Of a stretch of DNA of 64,000 nucleotides, positions 60,593 to 64,000 are shown one piece after another (within the stretch, counting starts at the first letter, position 1; each line of letters begins with the position of its first letter). The stretch is taken from positions 11,880 through 75,879 of the forward strand of contig CAZKFF010000003.1 in the NCBI GenBank assembly GCA_964552045.1, in the 5' to 3' direction. Origin of the DNA: an uncultured Candidatus Saccharibacteria bacterium (lineage in GTDB: Bacteria > Patescibacteriota > Minisyncoccia > Phycocordibacterales > UBA918). The translations under genes and the position numbers were made by a program. Under the pieces are notes generated by a model. It had not been told where the DNA came from and ran no database searches. It worked only from the letters and a program-made list of their open reading frames with translations.

Positions 60593-61066
60593 ATGCGACG
60601 ACCAATTAAAAAACGGAATGTTGTCGAACCGGATGTCGTGTTCGAATCAACAGAGGTCTCAAAGCTCATCAACTACGTGATGCTCCGGGGCCAGAAGGAG
60701 ACTGCACGCAAGATCGTGTATGCAGCCTTCGAGGAGATCAAGAATGCAAAAGACGGCGGCGGAGATCCGCTCGTTATCTTCGACACTGCGCTGAAGAACG
60801 CAGGTCCGCAGATGGAGGTGCGCAGTCGGCGTGTTGGTGGAGCGAACTACCAGGTGCCGCGCGAAGTCCGTCCAGAACGGCGTCATGCTTTGGCCCTGCG
60901 CTGGATCATCAGCGGCGCACGCGGACAGAAGGGGGTACCTATGCACGCAGCGCTTGCAAAGGAGATCATGCTTGCAGCCAAAGGAGAAGGAAATGCGGTC
61001 AAGAAGAAGGATGATACGCATAAGATGGCGGAGGCGAACCGAGCATTCGCGCATTTTGCCTGGTAA
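60593..61066 (+). CDS. rpsG: 30S ribosomal protein S7
   Basis: EVRSRRVGGANYQVP, ALRWI, HKMAEANRAFAHFAW. Confidence 0.98.
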   Translation: MRRPIKKRNVVEPDVVFESTEVSKLINYVMLRGQKETARKIVYAAFEEIKNAKDGGGDPLVIFDTALKNAGPQMEVRSRRVGGANYQVPREVRPERRHALALRWIISGARGQKGVPMHAALAKEIMLAAKGEGNAVKKKDDTHKMAEANRAFAHFAW

Positions 61067-61273
61067 TATTGGAGCCGTTTAGGCGAACACTGTTCCAGTT
61101 GCAAATGCGGTGATGCCCTTGCGGGTGTGTCCACTTCGCCAGGTAAACCTCATTTTGAACGAATTACTTCGTTGAGCACGCAAAAAAAGCCGCTCGTCGT
61201 ACAGCAAGTACGCCTCGCGGCTTTTTTGCTATTCGCCTCGTCCTTCATTTCAAGATTTACCCGAACCTCTTAC

Positions 61274-61495
61274 TTAAGCGTCTGATGTGCCAAGGTGTTC
61301 ATGATTTCTCCTTTTAGCCTCGGGCGACATGTGGTCGGCGTCATACTCTTCTTCAGCGAAGAGCCCGAACATGAAGCCGAGCAACAGAAAAGTGACGATC
61401 TTGTCAGTGAGTACGCCTATAATAAGACCTATAAAGAGGCCGAGCGCAACTCCTGGACCTTTGAACAGAAACTGATTTTTCATAGAGGCACTCAT
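61274..61495 (-). CDS. Small membrane protein
   Basis: GPGVALGLFIGLIIGVLTDKIVTFLLLGFMFGLF; the real gene is the 3' end of the 215 aa ORF. Confidence 0.6.
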   Translation of the reverse strand: MSASMKNQFLFKGPGVALGLFIGLIIGVLTDKIVTFLLLGFMFGLFAEEEYDADHMSPEAKRRNHEHLGTSDA

Positions 61496-61558
61496 AGCAT
61501 CCGTACATGAACCTGCTGTGAAAATCCTTCCCGAATACGGCCATGCTAAAATAAGCGG

Positions 61559-61990
61559 ATGGAAAGCTTGGGAAATAATGAGAAGCCGCTGTCGATGGTA
61601 GAGCGCAAACGGCAGGAGGCGTTTGCCGCAGTGTGCGATGTGCTCGATGAGCGACTCAACCGTGATATCGGCCGGACATTCGAATCGCACGGGCGCGAGT
61701 ACGAGCTCACTTCGCCCGAAGACTGCATGGTCGCGTTTGCGCAGATGATGCAGCAGGAGATACGCCGTCTCTACCAGGAGATCGTCGCAAAGGAGGACTA
61801 CCGGGAGGAGCAGGCCGCAGCGAAACTTCTGGAACTGATCAATACGTACGAGCGCCTGATCGCGCTCTATGCGGAGCTGCGCAGCTACTATCCGAGCGCA
61901 GCGTCGCGCATCGAGGCGCATATCCCATCATTGCAGGAGATCGCTGCACATGGAGAGAAACTGTGGGTGGGCATGCAGGATAACGCATAG
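61559..61990 (+). CDS. Hypothetical helical protein
   Basis: 143 aa, 4 nt before the next gene. Confidence 0.6.
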   Translation: MESLGNNEKPLSMVERKRQEAFAAVCDVLDERLNRDIGRTFESHGREYELTSPEDCMVAFAQMMQQEIRRLYQEIVAKEDYREEQAAAKLLELINTYERLIALYAELRSYYPSAASRIEAHIPSLQEIAAHGEKLWVGMQDNA

Positions 61991-61994
61991 AAGT

Positions 61995-63047
61995 ATGGAT
62001 ACTGATCTTCAAAAAGAGATAGCGGCGCACGGTGCGCAGATACGGAAGCTCGAAAAGGCTCCGGGCATCTACACCGCTTCGGCGCATACGGTTGCAACCG
62101 GATACGACAAGGCATGGCTGCGCGATATCTATTTCATCGTCCTTTCCTTTCTTGAGACAGGGGACATCGCTACTGTGAAGCGCTCGGCCCGTGCGCTCCT
62201 CGACGTGTTCATAAAACACAAGGATAAGATCAGCTGGGCCATAGAGCACAAGCCGCATGAGACATGGCAGTACATCCACGCGCGTTTCCATCCGGAAACC
62301 TTCGAGGAGTTCTGGGAGGAATGGGGTAACCGGCAGCATGATGCAGTGGGCGAAGTCCTCAACCTCATTTGCGAGATGGAGCTTCGCGGAGAGAGTGTTG
62401 TTGCCGGCGATGAAGATAAGGACATGGTGCAGAAGATCGTCGATTATCTCATTCGCGTTGAGTATTGGAACGATCCGGACAACGGCATCTGGGAGGAGAA
62501 CTTGGAGATCCACGCCTCGTCAGTGGGATCGGTTGTGGCAGCGCTCCGCAAAGCACAAGAGATCTCATGGTTGTCTGTTCCCGACTGGGATATACAGAAA
62601 GGAGAGGAGACGCTCCGCTCGCTTCTGCCGCGTGAATCGCAGGGGAAGTTCGCCGATCTGGCGCTCATGTCGCTTATCTATCCGTTCGACGTGGTCACGC
62701 AAGAAGAAGCTGATGAGATCCTCAGCAACGTCGAGTATCACCTCACGCGCGATAAAGGAGTCATTCGCTACAAGAACGACCGCTATTACAATGCCAATGA
62801 AGACGGATACAGCGAAGAAGCGGAGTGGTGCTTCGGATTGTCGTGGCTTTCAATCATTTATGCGCTCCGCGGCGAAAAAGAAAAAGCGCTGCGGTACCTA
62901 CAGCGAGCCAGAGAGACGGTCACAAGCAGCGGGGAGGTGCCGGAACTCTACTACTCACATTCGAACAGGCCCAACGGTAATACGCCGCTTGGATGGGCGG
63001 AAAGCATGTACGTCATTGCACTTCAAAAGGTGCACGATATGAAATAA
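61995..63047 (+). CDS. Glycoside hydrolase family 15 / phosphorylase-kinase-like (alpha/alpha)6 protein
   Basis: GYDKAWLRD, DNGIWEE, GVIRYKNDRY, VPELY, NTPLGWAES. Confidence 0.85.
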   Translation: MDTDLQKEIAAHGAQIRKLEKAPGIYTASAHTVATGYDKAWLRDIYFIVLSFLETGDIATVKRSARALLDVFIKHKDKISWAIEHKPHETWQYIHARFHPETFEEFWEEWGNRQHDAVGEVLNLICEMELRGESVVAGDEDKDMVQKIVDYLIRVEYWNDPDNGIWEENLEIHASSVGSVVAALRKAQEISWLSVPDWDIQKGEETLRSLLPRESQGKFADLALMSLIYPFDVVTQEEADEILSNVEYHLTRDKGVIRYKNDRYYNANEDGYSEEAEWCFGLSWLSIIYALRGEKEKALRYLQRARETVTSSGEVPELYYSHSNRPNGNTPLGWAESMYVIALQKVHDMK

Positions 63048-63077
63048 AACAAAAGCCGGCACAAGTGCCGGCTTTTG

Positions 63078-63644
63078 TTACACCTGCAGGTACTGCGAGA
63101 TCTCCTCAAATATTTCTTCAGGGATGCGGCGGTTGGTGTCCAGATAGAGTCCTTCATGGCTGAATATCTCACGAAGCTGCTTTAGCTCATCTTCAGCACC
63201 GTTGCGCTCAAGCTCCATGAACGCATCATAACTGATCGGACGTTCGCCATGTTTTTCCAGACGGTTATTGTACCGCGCAAACCGCGTATCGACATCGGCG
63301 TCGATATACAGGAGGAGGAGGCGGTCATTCTTCTGTGCGGTGATGAGCCGCAGCGTATCAACATCCACCAAACGCCGGTTGCCCTCAATGATGATGTTGG
63401 GATAGTCCACCGCAGCAACTTTCTCCGCAAGCGCTTTGCTCAGGAAATCCTCGCCCCGCGTTTCCCGTTCTGAGAGAAAGAGGTTCTGAAGCGTTGACTT
63501 ATCCTCCGGGTCAAGCCCGCGCTCGAATGCGATGGTCGAAAGAATGTCCGAGTACTTGATGCGGAATGCATCAGTCTTCTCTGCAAGCATGTGTGCAATG
63601 GTCGTCTTGCCGCTGGCGGTTGGTCCCGCAATACCGATGATCAT
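63078..63644 (-). CDS. P-loop nucleoside/dephospho-CoA kinase-like protein
   Basis: IIGIAGPTASGKTT, IIEGNR, YIDADVDTRFARY. Confidence 0.8.
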   Translation of the reverse strand: MIIGIAGPTASGKTTIAHMLAEKTDAFRIKYSDILSTIAFERGLDPEDKSTLQNLFLSERETRGEDFLSKALAEKVAAVDYPNIIIEGNRRLVDVDTLRLITAQKNDRLLLLYIDADVDTRFARYNNRLEKHGERPISYDAFMELERNGAEDELKQLREIFSHEGLYLDTNRRIPEEIFEEISQYLQV

Positions 63645-63725
63645 AGTGTGTCCATTATAGGGAAGTTCTGCTTCCGGGCAAGAGAAAGGCGCCGCGAACG
63701 GCGCCTTTGATATGTGAAGCGGAGC

Positions 63726-64000
63726 TCAGTTTGCTGTGAAGATGTCGAGTTTCCCCTCGACGATCTCAGTGATGAGGCCGATCTCCTTGGCCTCCTGTGC
63801 GGTGAGAGAACTGTTGAAGCGCTGATCGCCGCGCTCGAGAAGTACATCGATCTTCTCTTCGGGCAGGTTGAGCTTGCGCACATAGAGCTCGGTGACCAGC
63901 CGTGCCACGGTGGTGGTCTCATTCAGCAGGTCCTCCAGGTTCTTGGGCGTCATCTTGTCCATCTTGAATTCGACGCCGCCGGTAGTGCCTGAGTGAATGA
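63726..64000 (-). CDS. Divergent ClpP-like protease (3' part; runs off the window)
   Basis: IHSG near the edge and a C-terminal LTAQEAKEIGLITEI, parallel to Clp[16 protein letters not shown]. Confidence 0.65.
   Translation of the reverse strand, partial: IHSGTTGGVEFKMDKMTPKNLEDLLNETTTVARLVTELYVRKLNLPEEKIDVLLERGDQRFNSSLTAQEAKEIGLITEIVEGKLDIFTAN

Overview
Bacterial chromosomal window, most likely from a Patescibacteria/CPR (Parcubacteria-like) genome. This is inferred from the gene set (type IV pilus/competence genes, split ComEC, ATP-citrate lyase, almost no biosynthesis), the CPR-style protein variants and the many apparently leaderless genes. It is mostly housekeeping: pcrA/uvrD, comM, pnp, rpsO, a Xer-type recombinase, xth, cca, aclBA, corA, an ECF sigma pair, hup, rny, clpP, tig, ppa, nusA, pilBC plus pilins, tpiA, pgk, recJ, rnhA, comEC x2, sod, rpmB, rpsL, rpsG and 4 tRNAs. 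The most interesting signals are non-coding. (1) A recurrent family of ~90-190 bp structured elements sits at tRNA and gene 3' ends. Their terminal stems copy the host gene end, and some carry synonymously recoded echoes of the last codons (clpP, rpsG, M23 peptidase). (2) A ~420 nt highly structured orphan RNA has its own promoter, terminator, DnaA boxes and a perfect 48 bp palindrome. (3) At least 11 parS-like sites lie in 3.4 kb, ten of them written into the aclBA/yraN codons, next to a stand-alone ParB-like domain. (4) There are several other candidate structured RNAs and promoter-bearing small ORFs. No CRISPR array, transposase or prophage was seen. All RNA structures were paired by eye, not computed.
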